64,000 nt of DNA, taken from positions 1,154,207 through 1,218,206 of the forward strand of contig SVAI01000001.1 in the NCBI GenBank assembly GCA_015059495.1. The letters run 5' to 3'. The stretch's first letter is position 1. Each line of letters opens with the position of its first letter. This document shows positions 1-11,396 of this stretch, piece by piece. The position numbers and the translations under genes were made by a program. Source of the DNA: Bacillota bacterium. GTDB taxonomy: Bacteria > Bacillota_I > Bacilli_A > RF39 > UBA660. The notes under the pieces were generated by a model that made no database searches, was not told the origin of the DNA, and saw nothing but the letters and a program-made list of their open reading frames with translations.

Positions 1-1
1 A

Positions 2-163
2 TTTTATAAAGAATATGAAGATGATCTTACTAGAATATTCGATGATGAACAAATGATAATTAAATCAACAAGAAATATTGAATTATCCAGTCGTTATGAC
101 AGCTATGAAGAATTTAAGAATAATATAGAGAATAAACAATTTAAATGTGAGGAAGTACTATGA
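2..163 (+). CDS. 3' end of an unidentified CDS running in from the left edge
   Basis: Frame 2 is open from the window edge to TGA 161-163 (...SYEEFKNNIENKQFKCEEVL*); the stop overlaps the ATG of the next ORF (ATGA). No recognisable motif. Confidence 0.3.
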   Translation, partial: FYKEYEDDLTRIFDDEQMIIKSTRNIELSSRYDSYEEFKNNIENKQFKCEEVL

Positions 164-534
164 AACAGATAAAATATTTAATAGTAATATTAGTACAATT
201 AAACCTACTATATTTAATCTTAAACTTATTTTCTTCAACTAGTTCTAATACATATCTATGCTATGAATTAGACGAAAACAATAATAATAGTGCATCATAT
301 AGATTAAAATTAGATGATAATAATTATATTGAAGAATACATTAAATATTTTCCAAGATATAATAAAAATAATTTTAAAGAAACATTAAGCTATTCAACTA
401 AGTTCTACAAACAAGATGATAAAGTAATAAATAATAGAATATACCTATCTAATAATAATAATTTTGGAGAAAAAGATACTATTTATCAAATAACTTCTAA
501 ATTTCCAAATAGTAGATGTATTCTAACTAAATAA
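160..534 (+). CDS. hypothetical protein with N-terminal hydrophobic segment (secreted or membrane-anchored), Asn-rich
   Basis: ORF track; N-terminal LIVILVQLNLLYLILNLF stretch; followed directly by a strong hairpin terminator. Confidence 0.4.
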   Translation: MKQIKYLIVILVQLNLLYLILNLFSSTSSNTYLCYELDENNNNSASYRLKLDDNNYIEEYIKYFPRYNKNNFKETLSYSTKFYKQDDKVINNRIYLSNNNNFGEKDTIYQITSKFPNSRCILTK

Positions 535-568
535 ATCAAGGTTAAGTAATTAACCTTGATATTTTTTT
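535..568 (+). terminator. rho-independent terminator
   Basis: Perfect 10-bp stem ATCAAGGTTA / TAACCTTGAT (535-544 / 551-560) followed by ATTTTTTT. Confidence 0.65.
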
Positions 569-608
569 ATATTTATGGTAAAGTAATACATGTGAAAAAG
601 GAGTGATT

Positions 609-830
609 ATGATGGAAGTAGCACTTTTAGTAGTATCAATATTATTAATTGTTTTAGTACTTTTACAAAGTAATAAAGCAAGTGATGGTGGACAAATAAT
701 ATCAGGTGGTAATGAAGTATTATTCCAAAATCAAAAAGAAAGAGGTTTAGAACTTCTAATTACAAGATTAACTGCCTTTTTAGGATTTGTATTCTTTGTA
801 ATATCTTTTATATTATTTATTACTAAATAA
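609..830 (+). CDS. secG: preprotein translocase subunit SecG
   Basis: About 73 aa with two hydrophobic helices and the SecG-like LLQSNK...GG core. AAAGGAG RBS 7 nt before ATG 609 (ORF track starts at GTG 603). Conserved secG-rnr-smpB neighbourhood. Confidence 0.8.
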   Translation: MMEVALLVVSILLIVLVLLQSNKASDGGQIISGGNEVLFQNQKERGLELLITRLTAFLGFVFFVISFILFITK

Positions 831-852
831 GTCCAATACGGACTTTTTTTTT
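829..852 (+). terminator. weak rho-independent terminator after secG
   Basis: AAGTCC-AATAC-GGACTT hairpin followed by a T-run (844-852). Confidence 0.4.
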
Positions 853-891
853 AGGTAAAAATATTGTATACTTTATAGTAGGTGAGTGCGT

Positions 892-1329
892 ATGAAAAAG
901 AACGGATATACACTAGTAGAATTAATTGTAACAATAGGTTTAATTGCAACTGCAGCTACTATTATTCTAGTTAATATGGTTGGTATGAGAAGTGATCAAG
1001 ACGTAGATAATTCAAAGAAATTTAAAAATGCTATTGCAGCAGCAGCATGTACTTATATTGACATGTCTGATCCTACTATAGTAGCAAAAAGAAATCTATG
1101 TAAGGGTGATCCTAATAACGCAGCATGCAAAGTGAGCCTAGAAGTTTTATTAAATGATACAATCGCACTTGTAGATCCAGACTTAAAGGATCCTGAAACA
1201 AACTGCACAGCAGAAAAAGAAAAAAATAAAGTTTATGTAACTGTAAAATTTGAAAATAGTATTATAAATGGACGAACAGTCTATGAAAAAAAATGTGAAT
1301 TTAAAAGAATAGAAATGACAAAATGTTAA
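892..1329 (+). CDS. prepilin-type N-terminal cleavage/methylation domain protein (type IV pilin / pseudopilin-like)
   Basis: MKKNG/YTLVELIVTIGLIA is a class III signal with Glu at +5 and a hydrophobic helix. Globular part has 6 Cys. AGGTGA RBS 6 nt before ATG 892 (track start GTG 886). Confidence 0.7.
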   Translation: MKKNGYTLVELIVTIGLIATAATIILVNMVGMRSDQDVDNSKKFKNAIAAAACTYIDMSDPTIVAKRNLCKGDPNNAACKVSLEVLLNDTIALVDPDLKDPETNCTAEKEKNKVYVTVKFENSIINGRTVYEKKCEFKRIEMTKC

Positions 1330-1342
1330 GGAATGATTACAA

Positions 1343-3460
1343 ATGAGAGAAGAAATAATAAAAGTATTAGATAATGTATATGAAGCAAAGGATATTATTG
1401 AAATAAATGATATGCTTAATTTAACAACTTCTGAAGAACTACAAGAACTACAAAGTGAATTAAATAAACTAGTAGAGGAATATATTGTTTATTTTACTAA
1501 AAAGAATAAGTATATATTATTAAAGAATTGTACTAATTTATTTATAGGTAGACTATCTGTTAATAAAAAAGGATTTGGTTTTGTTATCATTCCTAAAGAT
1601 GAAGATATCTATATAGCTAAAGATAATATTAATAGTGCAATTGATGAAGATATAGTTCTATGTGAAGTTATTAATAAAGGTATTAAAAGAGAAGGTAGAA
1701 TAATTAAAGTTGTTAAAAGAGAACTTAACTTAATTGTTGGTACAATCTTCTTTAAAAAGGATAAAATCTTTTTAGATTTAGATGATAAAAAGAATATAAC
1801 TGTTGAAATAGAAAAAGATAGTGCCTTTAATGTAGTTGAAGGACATAAAGTACAAGCTAAGATAATTAAAGAACAAACTAAAAATAGATACTTAGCAAGA
1901 ATACTAACTGTAATTGGACACAAAGATGATCCAGGAGTAGATATTTTATCTATCGCATATAAATATGGAATCTATCCAGAGTTTAATGCAGAAGTAGAAG
2001 AAGAACTTAAAAATATTCCAGATCATGTTGAAGATTCAGAACTTAAAGGTAGAAGAGATTTAACTGATAAAGTTATATTTACTATAGATGGTGATGATAC
2101 TAAAGATATAGATGATGCTATATCACTAGAAGAAAAAGATGGTAATTATGTACTTGGTGTACATATTGCAGATGTATCTAATTATGTTAAAGAAAACACT
2201 GCCCTTGGTGATGAAGCATATAAGAGAGGTACTTCTTCATATCTAGCAGATACAGTAATTCCAATGTTACCTCACCAATTATCTAATGGTATATGTTCAC
2301 TAAATGAGGGTGTAATTAGATTATCTATGTCATGTGTAATGGAAATAGATAATAATGGTAAAGTAGTTAATTATGAAATATTCCCATCATACATTAAGAG
2401 TTCTAAAAAGATGACCTATAAACATGTTAATAATCTTTTAATGAGAAATACTGTTGATGAAGGATATGAACCATTCAAAGATACATTATTAAAGATGAAT
2501 GAACTTGCTCATATATTACGTAAAGAAAAGATATCAAGAGGATATATTGATTTTGAAATAGATGAAGCTAAGATAGTACAAGATGAGAGTGGTAAAGCTA
2601 TAGATGTAATTAAAAGAGTTAGAGAAGATGGTGAAAAACTAATCGAAGACTTTATGATTGCAGCTAACGAATGTGTTGCCCAAACAATTTATAACATGGA
2701 CTTACCATTCATTTATCGTATCCATGAAAATCCTAAACCAGAAAAAGTAGATGAATTCTTAAATCTAGTTAAGATTTTAGGATACAAACTTAAAACAAAT
2801 GTAAAAGAAATAACACCTAAAGTAATGCAAAGTGTTATTAATGAATTAAAAGATAAACCAGAGTTCCCAATTCTTTCTACATTACTACTTCGTAGTATGA
2901 GAAAAGCAGAATACTCAAAAGAAAACTTAGGACACTTTGGTCTAGCATCTAAAGCATATACTCACTTCACATCACCAATTAGACGTTTCCCAGACTTAAC
3001 TGTTCATAGATTATTAAAGAAATACTTAGTTGAAAATGATATGTCTATGACAACAATTAATACTCTAGAAACATCTCTAATTGAAGTTGCATCTCAATCT
3101 TCAGAAAGAGAAGTAGCAGCAGTTGATGCAGAACGTGATGTAGATGATATGAAGATGGCTGAATACATGGAAAGCCATGTAGGAGAAGAATACGAAGGAA
3201 TAATAAGTGGTATTACATCATATGGTATGTTTGTTGAATTACCAAACCTAATTGAAGGATTAGTACATATATCAACACTAAAAGGAGATTACTTTAACTA
3301 CATTGAAGAAATCTTATCAATGGTAGGTAAATCTACTAAAAAAACATATCGTTTAGGTGATAAAGTTAAGGTTAAGTGTGTAGCAGCTTCTAAACTAAGT
3401 TCATCAATTGACTTTGAACTAGTTGAAGAAAGGAAGACAAAGGATGAAGATACAAAATAA
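1343..3460 (+). CDS. rnr: ribonuclease R
   Basis: 705 aa with cold-shock-like N-terminus, an RNB core (DDAISLE, HIADVS, YSKENLGHFGLA...YTHFTSPIRRFPDL) and a C-terminal S1 domain (YEGIISGITSYGMFVEL). Sits between secG and smpB. Confidence 0.95.
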   Translation: MREEIIKVLDNVYEAKDIIEINDMLNLTTSEELQELQSELNKLVEEYIVYFTKKNKYILLKNCTNLFIGRLSVNKKGFGFVIIPKDEDIYIAKDNINSAIDEDIVLCEVINKGIKREGRIIKVVKRELNLIVGTIFFKKDKIFLDLDDKKNITVEIEKDSAFNVVEGHKVQAKIIKEQTKNRYLARILTVIGHKDDPGVDILSIAYKYGIYPEFNAEVEEELKNIPDHVEDSELKGRRDLTDKVIFTIDGDDTKDIDDAISLEEKDGNYVLGVHIADVSNYVKENTALGDEAYKRGTSSYLADTVIPMLPHQLSNGICSLNEGVIRLSMSCVMEIDNNGKVVNYEIFPSYIKSSKKMTYKHVNNLLMRNTVDEGYEPFKDTLLKMNELAHILRKEKISRGYIDFEIDEAKIVQDESGKAIDVIKRVREDGEKLIEDFMIAANECVAQTIYNMDLPFIYRIHENPKPEKVDEFLNLVKILGYKLKTNVKEITPKVMQSVINELKDKPEFPILSTLLLRSMRKAEYSKENLGHFGLASKAYTHFTSPIRRFPDLTVHRLLKKYLVENDMSMTTINTLETSLIEVASQSSEREVAAVDAERDVDDMKMAEYMESHVGEEYEGIISGITSYGMFVELPNLIEGLVHISTLKGDYFNYIEEILSMVGKSTKKTYRLGDKVKVKCVAASKLSSSIDFELVEERKTKDEDTK

Positions 3461-3866
3461 AAAAGCTCACTTTTCTTACTTTATTCTAGAGGAAATCGAA
3501 TGTGGAATTGAACTTAAAGGAACTGAAATAAAATCAATTAGACAAGGTTCATGTGATATTCGTGATTCTTATGTAATAATTAAAAATAATGAAGCTTACG
3601 TACTTAATATGTATGTAGCTAAATATAAAGAAGGTAACTTATTTAATCATGATGAAAGAAGAACAAGAAAACTTCTTTTACATAAACATGAAATAAAGAA
3701 GTTAAAAGAGAAAAAAGAAAGAGAAGGAATAACTTTAATACCTTTAGAAATATATTTTAAAGGAAGTCATGCAAAACTTAAACTTGGAGTATGCAAAGGT
3801 AAAAAGTTATATGACAAACGTCAAACAATAAAAGAAAGAGATTTAAAAAGAGAAAATAGATTATAA
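3444..3866 (+). CDS. smpB: SsrA-binding protein SmpB
   Basis: MKIQNKKAHFSYFILEEIECGIELKGTEIKSIR matches the SmpB N-terminus. AGGAAG RBS before ATG 3444 (track uses upstream TTG 3423). Overlaps the rnr stop. Confidence 0.93.
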   Translation: MKIQNKKAHFSYFILEEIECGIELKGTEIKSIRQGSCDIRDSYVIIKNNEAYVLNMYVAKYKEGNLFNHDERRTRKLLLHKHEIKKLKEKKEREGITLIPLEIYFKGSHAKLKLGVCKGKKLYDKRQTIKERDLKRENRL

Positions 3867-3906
3867 CTATTTTCTTTTTTATGTTATAATTGTATTGGTG
3901 ATTTAT

Positions 3907-4335
3907 ATGAACAAGTCAAGTAATGGTTGGGGATTACCAACACTATTATTAATGATATGTATAATAATTATTGCACTTTTAACATCTACATTATTTGTTA
4001 TTAGATTTAATTCTATGTTAGGTAGAACTAATAATGAAAGTGAAGAACAAGTACAAAAAGTTGTTAATGAAACATACTATATTGGGAAGATGAATGAATT
4101 AACTTTAGCAACAAATAAATATATTGATGATTTTAATGTAAATTTAAACGATGGAGTTGTAAGAATAGATTTATATACTTTAATTAATAGTGATTATATT
4201 AATCCTATTAAAGATAGTGTTACTAATTCTAGATGTAAAGGATATTCAGAAGCATTTTTAAATAAAGATGGTATAAAACAAATTAATTCATTTCTAAAAT
4301 GTGATAGTTATACTACACCAGACTATAGAGGGTAA
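3907..4335 (+). CDS. hypothetical membrane-anchored protein, degenerate pilin-like N-terminus
   Basis: MNKSSNGWGLPTLLLMICIIIIALL resembles a prepilin leader plus helix but lacks Glu+5. C-terminal Cys pair (SRC...LKC). TGTTATAAT extended -10 at 3882-3890. Confidence 0.35.
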   Translation: MNKSSNGWGLPTLLLMICIIIIALLTSTLFVIRFNSMLGRTNNESEEQVQKVVNETYYIGKMNELTLATNKYIDDFNVNLNDGVVRIDLYTLINSDYINPIKDSVTNSRCKGYSEAFLNKDGIKQINSFLKCDSYTTPDYRG

Positions 4336-4358
4336 TCTATAGTTTTTCTTTTTTTTAG
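4323..4358 (+). terminator. rho-independent terminator
   Basis: CTATAG-N8-CTATAG hairpin overlapping the stop, followed by TTTTTCTTTTTTTT. Confidence 0.45.
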
Positions 4359-4403
4359 ACCTAAAATATGATAAACTATTGTTAGTATAATGGAGTGATA
4401 AAT

Positions 4404-5474
4404 ATGAAGAAATTATTAAATAAAAAATCTAATGTAATAATACTTTCAGTATGTGCATTATTAGTAATAGCACTAGTAGTAATAATTATTATATCAATTA
4501 ATAAAAAGACTAATACTACTGAAGAGCCAAAGGTTAATCCAAGTGTACCTAAAGTAACAATAGTAGATGTTAATTCAAAATCAAGACCATATGCAGTAAT
4601 GATTAATAATCATCCTACTGCTAGATTACATCATGCTGGTTTACAAGATGCATATATCATGTATGAAATGATTGTTGAAGGTGGTATGACAAGATACATG
4701 GCATTATTTAAAGATCAAAAAACTGCTAAGATTGGTTCAGTTAGATCTGCAAGACATTATTTCTTAGACTATGCTTTAGAAAACGATGCATATTATGTTC
4801 ACTGGGGATGGTCACCACAAGCACAAAATGATATTTCATCTTTAAAAGTAAATAACATTAACGGATTATATTATGAAGGAACATATTTCTATAGAGATAG
4901 ATCTTTAGATATATCTAATGAACACAGAGGATTTACTACAATGGATATGCTATCTAAAGCTGTAGATAAATTAGGATATAGAAAAGAAACTAATTCAAAT
5001 CTATTATTAACTTATACTCCTGATGAAGTAGATTTAAGTCAAATTAATAATTCTGAGAAAGCAGAACAAGTTACTATTAAATATTCTAATTCAGTTGAAG
5101 ATTCATATACTTATGATAGTGAAAATAAATATTATTTAAGATTTGTTAATGGTAAAGCTCATGTAGATGATGTTACTAAAAAACAATATCACTTTAAAAA
5201 TATAATTACATACCAAGTTGAAAACTATACACTAGATGATGTTGAAAACAAAGGTAGACAAGGTATAAACAACATTGGTGAAGGTGAAGGATATTATATT
5301 ACTAATGGATATGCTATTAAAATTAAGTGGTCTAAAAAATCAAGAAGTGAACAAACTAAATATACTTATTTAGATGGAACACCAATAAATATAGCTGATG
5401 GTAATACATTCATTCAAATTCAACCTAAGAATCAAAGTTTCTCAATTACTGCATTAAATGGGGAGGCTAACTAA
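4404..5474 (+). CDS. DUF3048 (YerB-like) secreted/membrane-anchored protein
   Basis: SRPYAVMINNHPTARLHHAGLQDAYIMYEMIVEGGMTRYMALF closely resembles the B. subtilis YerB/DUF3048 core. N-terminal TM anchor. GGAG RBS 8 nt before ATG 4404. Confidence 0.8.
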   Translation: MKKLLNKKSNVIILSVCALLVIALVVIIIISINKKTNTTEEPKVNPSVPKVTIVDVNSKSRPYAVMINNHPTARLHHAGLQDAYIMYEMIVEGGMTRYMALFKDQKTAKIGSVRSARHYFLDYALENDAYYVHWGWSPQAQNDISSLKVNNINGLYYEGTYFYRDRSLDISNEHRGFTTMDMLSKAVDKLGYRKETNSNLLLTYTPDEVDLSQINNSEKAEQVTIKYSNSVEDSYTYDSENKYYLRFVNGKAHVDDVTKKQYHFKNIITYQVENYTLDDVENKGRQGINNIGEGEGYYITNGYAIKIKWSKKSRSEQTKYTYLDGTPINIADGNTFIQIQPKNQSFSITALNGEAN

Positions 5475-5824
5475 TGGATAAGTTTAATGATTTTGTAGCA
5501 AATAACTACGTAATATTTGCAATAGCAAGTGGTGTACTACTTCTAGCTTTAATCGGATACTTTATTGAAAAGAAATCGCAAGAAAAAAAGTTAATTAAAA
5601 CTGAAGAACTAAAAACAATTAATATCCAAGAACAAGTTAATCAAGGTGTTAATCAAAATGCTCAAGTTGAAACATTAGAGATTCAGGATGCACCTGCTGC
5701 ACCAGTTCAAGATGCAAATCAAACAGTTCAACCAACACAAGAAGTAACAAACCAAAATGTTGAACAACAACTAACAGCTCCAGCTCCAGAAAAGAGCGAA
5801 GAAAATGTTGAAATTTTAGGATAA
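5474..5824 (+). CDS. hypothetical membrane-anchored protein with Q/P/N-rich tail
   Basis: ORF track; one TM (VIFAIASGVLLLALIGYFI) then a low-complexity tail. Start overlaps the upstream stop (TAATG). Confidence 0.45.
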   Translation: MDKFNDFVANNYVIFAIASGVLLLALIGYFIEKKSQEKKLIKTEELKTINIQEQVNQGVNQNAQVETLEIQDAPAAPVQDANQTVQPTQEVTNQNVEQQLTAPAPEKSEENVEILG

Positions 5825-5836
5825 AAATAATAAATG

Positions 5837-5863
5837 AAACTACATGAACATGTAGTTTTTTTT
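5837..5863 (+). terminator. rho-independent terminator
   Basis: AAACTACATG / CATGTAGTTT inverted repeat followed by a T-run. Confidence 0.6.
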
Positions 5864-5880
5864 ATATGTTTTTGATATAA

Positions 5881-7890
<2,010 letters not shown>

Positions 7891-7932
7891 GCATTTTATT
7901 GTATAATAGAGAATACGAAAGGGAATAAAAAT

Positions 7933-8421
7933 ATGAAGAAATATTTAAAAGAAAATAAAACTTTAGCAATACTATTTATTATTGCAATAGTATGTATTGT
8001 AGTAAGTGGTGTATTATTATTTCAATACTTCTACTTTGGTAGTGGTGGAACTAAATATGGTTCTAGATTAGAAGGTATTGAAAACGTACAAATTAATGAT
8101 GAAAATAAAAATAGAATAGTATCAAATCTAGAATCAGTAGATAAAGTAGAAAGAGCATCTATGACTATTACTGGTAAGAGAATAGATATTAAAATAGTAT
8201 TTAAATCTGATGCTACATTAACTGAAGCACAAAATGTTGCACTACTATCATTAGATAACTTTAGTGCTGAGGAAAAAGCATTCTATGATTTTGAATTTAC
8301 TATTAAACAAGAAGCTTCTGAAACAACTGAAGGATTCTTACTAATGGGTGCTAAGAATGTTAATGGAACAAACTTAGTATGGGTTAATAACAATTCTACT
8401 AAAAGTGAAGAGGAACAATAA
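7933..8421 (+). CDS. hypothetical membrane-anchored protein
   Basis: ORF track; N-terminal TM (LAILFIIAIVCIVVSGVLLF). Stop overlaps the next start (ATAATG), so probably co-transcribed with the GGDEF-like sensor. Confidence 0.5.
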   Translation: MKKYLKENKTLAILFIIAIVCIVVSGVLLFQYFYFGSGGTKYGSRLEGIENVQINDENKNRIVSNLESVDKVERASMTITGKRIDIKIVFKSDATLTEAQNVALLSLDNFSAEEKAFYDFEFTIKQEASETTEGFLLMGAKNVNGTNLVWVNNNSTKSEEEQ

Positions 8422-10445
8422 TGAAAAATAAATTAAGATATATTATCATTGGTACTATAACTTTAATAGTTGTAATATTTGTAGGACTATTTATTTATAA
8501 TACTTTAAATGATAAAAATAAAATAACTGTAAATGAAAAGAAGTGGATAAATGCTAACTTATCAACACTTCAAAATACTTACGTTATAAATAATAGTTCA
8601 ATCTTTGCAGATAATGGATATGGAGTATTCTATGACTTTATGTCTGATTTCTCAAAAGAATATTCTGTTAAGATCAATCCTATTACATATAACTATGGTG
8701 AAAATAATTATGATGATGGTTTTAAAATAACTAATACTATTGATGATAATTCTGTTGTATTCTATACAGACTATTATGTATTAGTAAGTAAAAACTATGA
8801 AAGTGTAACTGATGCAAGTAAGATTAAAGATTACTCAATTGGAGTTGCACAAAATGATTATAACTATATTAAATCATATGTTGATGCAGAACTTGTTGCA
8901 TTTAATTCTTATAAAGATTTAGAAGCAGCATTTGAAGGTTCAGCAGAAGATGGAACTAAAATAGATTATATGCTAGTTCCAAGATTCTTATATTTAGACT
9001 TTGTTGTAAGTAAAGAATATAAATTTATATATCACTTTAGTGATGTTAAAGCATATTATGTATATCAAATGAAAAATGATGATACATTCTCATCTATTAT
9101 TAAAAAATATTTTAATAACTGGAAAAAGAGTAAACTAGCTAAATCATATAATAATCATTATTTATCATCTCTAACAAATAGTTTAAACTTATCTGAAAAA
9201 GATGTAACTAATATTAAGAGTAAAGTATATCAATGTGGATTTGTTAACAATAGTCCATATGAATTATTAACTAGTGGTACTTATGGTGGAATAGTATCTG
9301 AATACTTACAAAACTTTAGTAATTTAACTGGAGTTGAATTTAAGTTTACTAAGTATAAAGATTTCTCAACATTTGCTAATGCAATTAATAGTGCTAATGT
9401 AGATATCTATTTTAACTACTATAATTTATCAAATAATTATAAAACAATAGATACTAATATGAATATTAATTATGTTGTAGTAGCTAAAGATACTAATGAT
9501 TTAGTAGTTAATTCTCTAAATTCTCTACAATATAAAGATGTATATGTTTTAGAAAATTCAATGCTTTATGATTTAATATCAAAAATACCAAATGTAAATA
9601 TTAATAAATATAAAGATGCCAATGAATTATCTAAAATAGTTAAAAATAATGGAGTTGTAATATTAGATAATGAAACATATAATTTCTTAAAACAATCAAG
9701 TCTAAAGAATTACAGTGTTAGATATTATGGATCTTCATCATCTACATATTCATTTAAATTAAATACTGATGATCCATTCTATAACTTATTTAGAGCATAT
9801 GTAATGTTACAAGATAAACAATCAATTAAAATTGAAGGTTTATATAATCATGATAAACTAGTTGCACGTGGTAGAGTATTTATGAGTGTAGCAAGATACA
9901 TACTATTAATGCTTGCATCACTAGTAGTAATACTATACATACTATTTAAGCATAGAAAGAGAACTAAAGTTAAAATTTCTAAGAAGATTAAAAAAGAAGA
10001 TAAGATTAAATATATTGATCAATTAACTTCTCTAAAAAATAGAAATTACTTAAATGATAATATTGACGCATGGAATAAAAATAGAGTATATCCACAAGCT
10101 ACAATTATTATTGATTTAAATAAAGTACAAGAAATTAATGATACAAAAGGATATGAAGAAGGAGATAGACAAATTAAAGCTGCTTCAAATATCTTAATTA
10201 GAACACAATTAGATAATAGTGATATTATGAGAACAGATGGTAATGAATTCTTAATCTATACTATTGGATATGAAAAGAGAAGTATAGAAAGCTATATTAG
10301 AAAACTAATTAAAGAATTTAAAGATCTACCATATGATTACAATGCTATTATTACATACTCAATGATTGAAGATGATGTTAAAACAATTGAAGACTCAATC
10401 AACGACGCTGTACTTGAAATGAAAGAAAAAAAGCAAGAAATCTAG
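8421..10445 (+). CDS. membrane sensor protein with large extracytoplasmic region and degenerate GGDEF domain
   Basis: TM at N-terminus and at about aa 495-515. C-terminal DQLTSLKNRNYL...IIIDLNKVQEINDTKGYEEGDRQIK...RTDGNEFLIY follows the GGDEF fold, but GGDEF reads DGNEF and DxD reads DLN. Confidence 0.65.
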   Translation: MKNKLRYIIIGTITLIVVIFVGLFIYNTLNDKNKITVNEKKWINANLSTLQNTYVINNSSIFADNGYGVFYDFMSDFSKEYSVKINPITYNYGENNYDDGFKITNTIDDNSVVFYTDYYVLVSKNYESVTDASKIKDYSIGVAQNDYNYIKSYVDAELVAFNSYKDLEAAFEGSAEDGTKIDYMLVPRFLYLDFVVSKEYKFIYHFSDVKAYYVYQMKNDDTFSSIIKKYFNNWKKSKLAKSYNNHYLSSLTNSLNLSEKDVTNIKSKVYQCGFVNNSPYELLTSGTYGGIVSEYLQNFSNLTGVEFKFTKYKDFSTFANAINSANVDIYFNYYNLSNNYKTIDTNMNINYVVVAKDTNDLVVNSLNSLQYKDVYVLENSMLYDLISKIPNVNINKYKDANELSKIVKNNGVVILDNETYNFLKQSSLKNYSVRYYGSSSSTYSFKLNTDDPFYNLFRAYVMLQDKQSIKIEGLYNHDKLVARGRVFMSVARYILLMLASLVVILYILFKHRKRTKVKISKKIKKEDKIKYIDQLTSLKNRNYLNDNIDAWNKNRVYPQATIIIDLNKVQEINDTKGYEEGDRQIKAASNILIRTQLDNSDIMRTDGNEFLIYTIGYEKRSIESYIRKLIKEFKDLPYDYNAIITYSMIEDDVKTIEDSINDAVLEMKEKKQEI

Positions 10446-10454
10446 GAGGAAGCA

Positions 10455-11303
10455 ATGAAAAAGAGATTTAAAAAATTTTTAAATAACTTTTTTACAGTTT
10501 TAAAAAGACCAGAAATGTTGGTCCTTCCAGGTCAACTTGCTTTCTTTTTTATTCTTTCTGTTGTTCCAATGCTTACTCTAATTAGTTATGGAGTTGCTTC
10601 ATTTAACTTATCACTAGAAGTTGTTGAATCATTCTTAACTAAAAGCTTTGGTGCAGAAATAACTAATCTATTAATACCTGAAGTATCAAATGTAAGTATT
10701 TCCTTTGGATTTGTATTTACAATTCTAGTAGGATTCTTCTTTGCATCAAATGGTGCTTCATCAATAATTATTACATCTAATACTATTTATGGTATAAAAG
10801 ATAAGGGATTTTTAGCAAGAAAAATAAAAGCAATGATAATGACTGTATTTATAGTATTATTATTCCTATTTATTTTATTAGTACCATTATTTGGTGAATC
10901 AATTATCAGAATAGCAGATAGTATTAATAGTGCGTCTAAAGATGGCGTCGCTCAAGTAATTAGAATACTTAATGGTCCAATATCATGGTTTATAATATTC
11001 TTCTTTATTAAGATATTATATACTATGGCACCAGATAAAAAGATAGCTTCTAATAGAACAACATATGGAGCATTATTCACATCAATTGGATGGATAATAT
11101 CAACTGCTATATATTCATTCTATATTAATAATTATGCTAATTATTCAATATTCTATGGAAGTTTAACTAATATTATTATATTAATGTTATGGACATACCT
11201 TTTAGCATTTATCTTTACTATTGGTTTAGCACTAAACTATAGAAAAGATGAACTAGGTGAAACATTTGAAATAAAATTATCAAAAAAAGATATTAAAAAA
11301 TAA
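10455..11303 (+). CDS. YihY/BrkB family membrane protein
   Basis: 282 aa with about 6 TM. N-terminal RPEMLVLPGQLAFFFILSVVPML matches the YihY signature (AxxLAFYxLLSxxPLL). Confidence 0.7.
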   Translation: MKKRFKKFLNNFFTVLKRPEMLVLPGQLAFFFILSVVPMLTLISYGVASFNLSLEVVESFLTKSFGAEITNLLIPEVSNVSISFGFVFTILVGFFFASNGASSIIITSNTIYGIKDKGFLARKIKAMIMTVFIVLLFLFILLVPLFGESIIRIADSINSASKDGVAQVIRILNGPISWFIIFFFIKILYTMAPDKKIASNRTTYGALFTSIGWIISTAIYSFYINNYANYSIFYGSLTNIIILMLWTYLLAFIFTIGLALNYRKDELGETFEIKLSKKDIKK

Positions 11304-11372
11304 TATCCTACATATAATTTAGTGTAAATAAATATTTATTTACATGTATCAATCAATATCTATAGATATAAT

Positions 11373-11396
11373 AAAAGACATCATTTGATGTCTTTT
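11373..11396. terminator. bidirectional hairpin terminator between convergent genes
   Basis: AAAAGACATC-ATTT-GATGTCTTTT, flanked by A-run and T-run. Lies between the 10455-11303 (+) and 11395-12051 (-) genes. Confidence 0.55.

Noticed and set aside
1609-1923. 104-aa minus-strand ORF inside rnr
   Set aside because: Fully antisense to a confidently identified RNase R gene. Low-complexity Leu/Ile/Ser-rich translation typical of the reverse frame of AT-rich coding DNA, and no RBS.
3867-3906. Looked for tmRNA (ssrA) downstream of smpB, where it often lies in Bacillota
   Set aside because: Only 40 nt separate smpB from the next ORF, and no tRNA-like acceptor/T-arm sequence is present. ssrA must be elsewhere.
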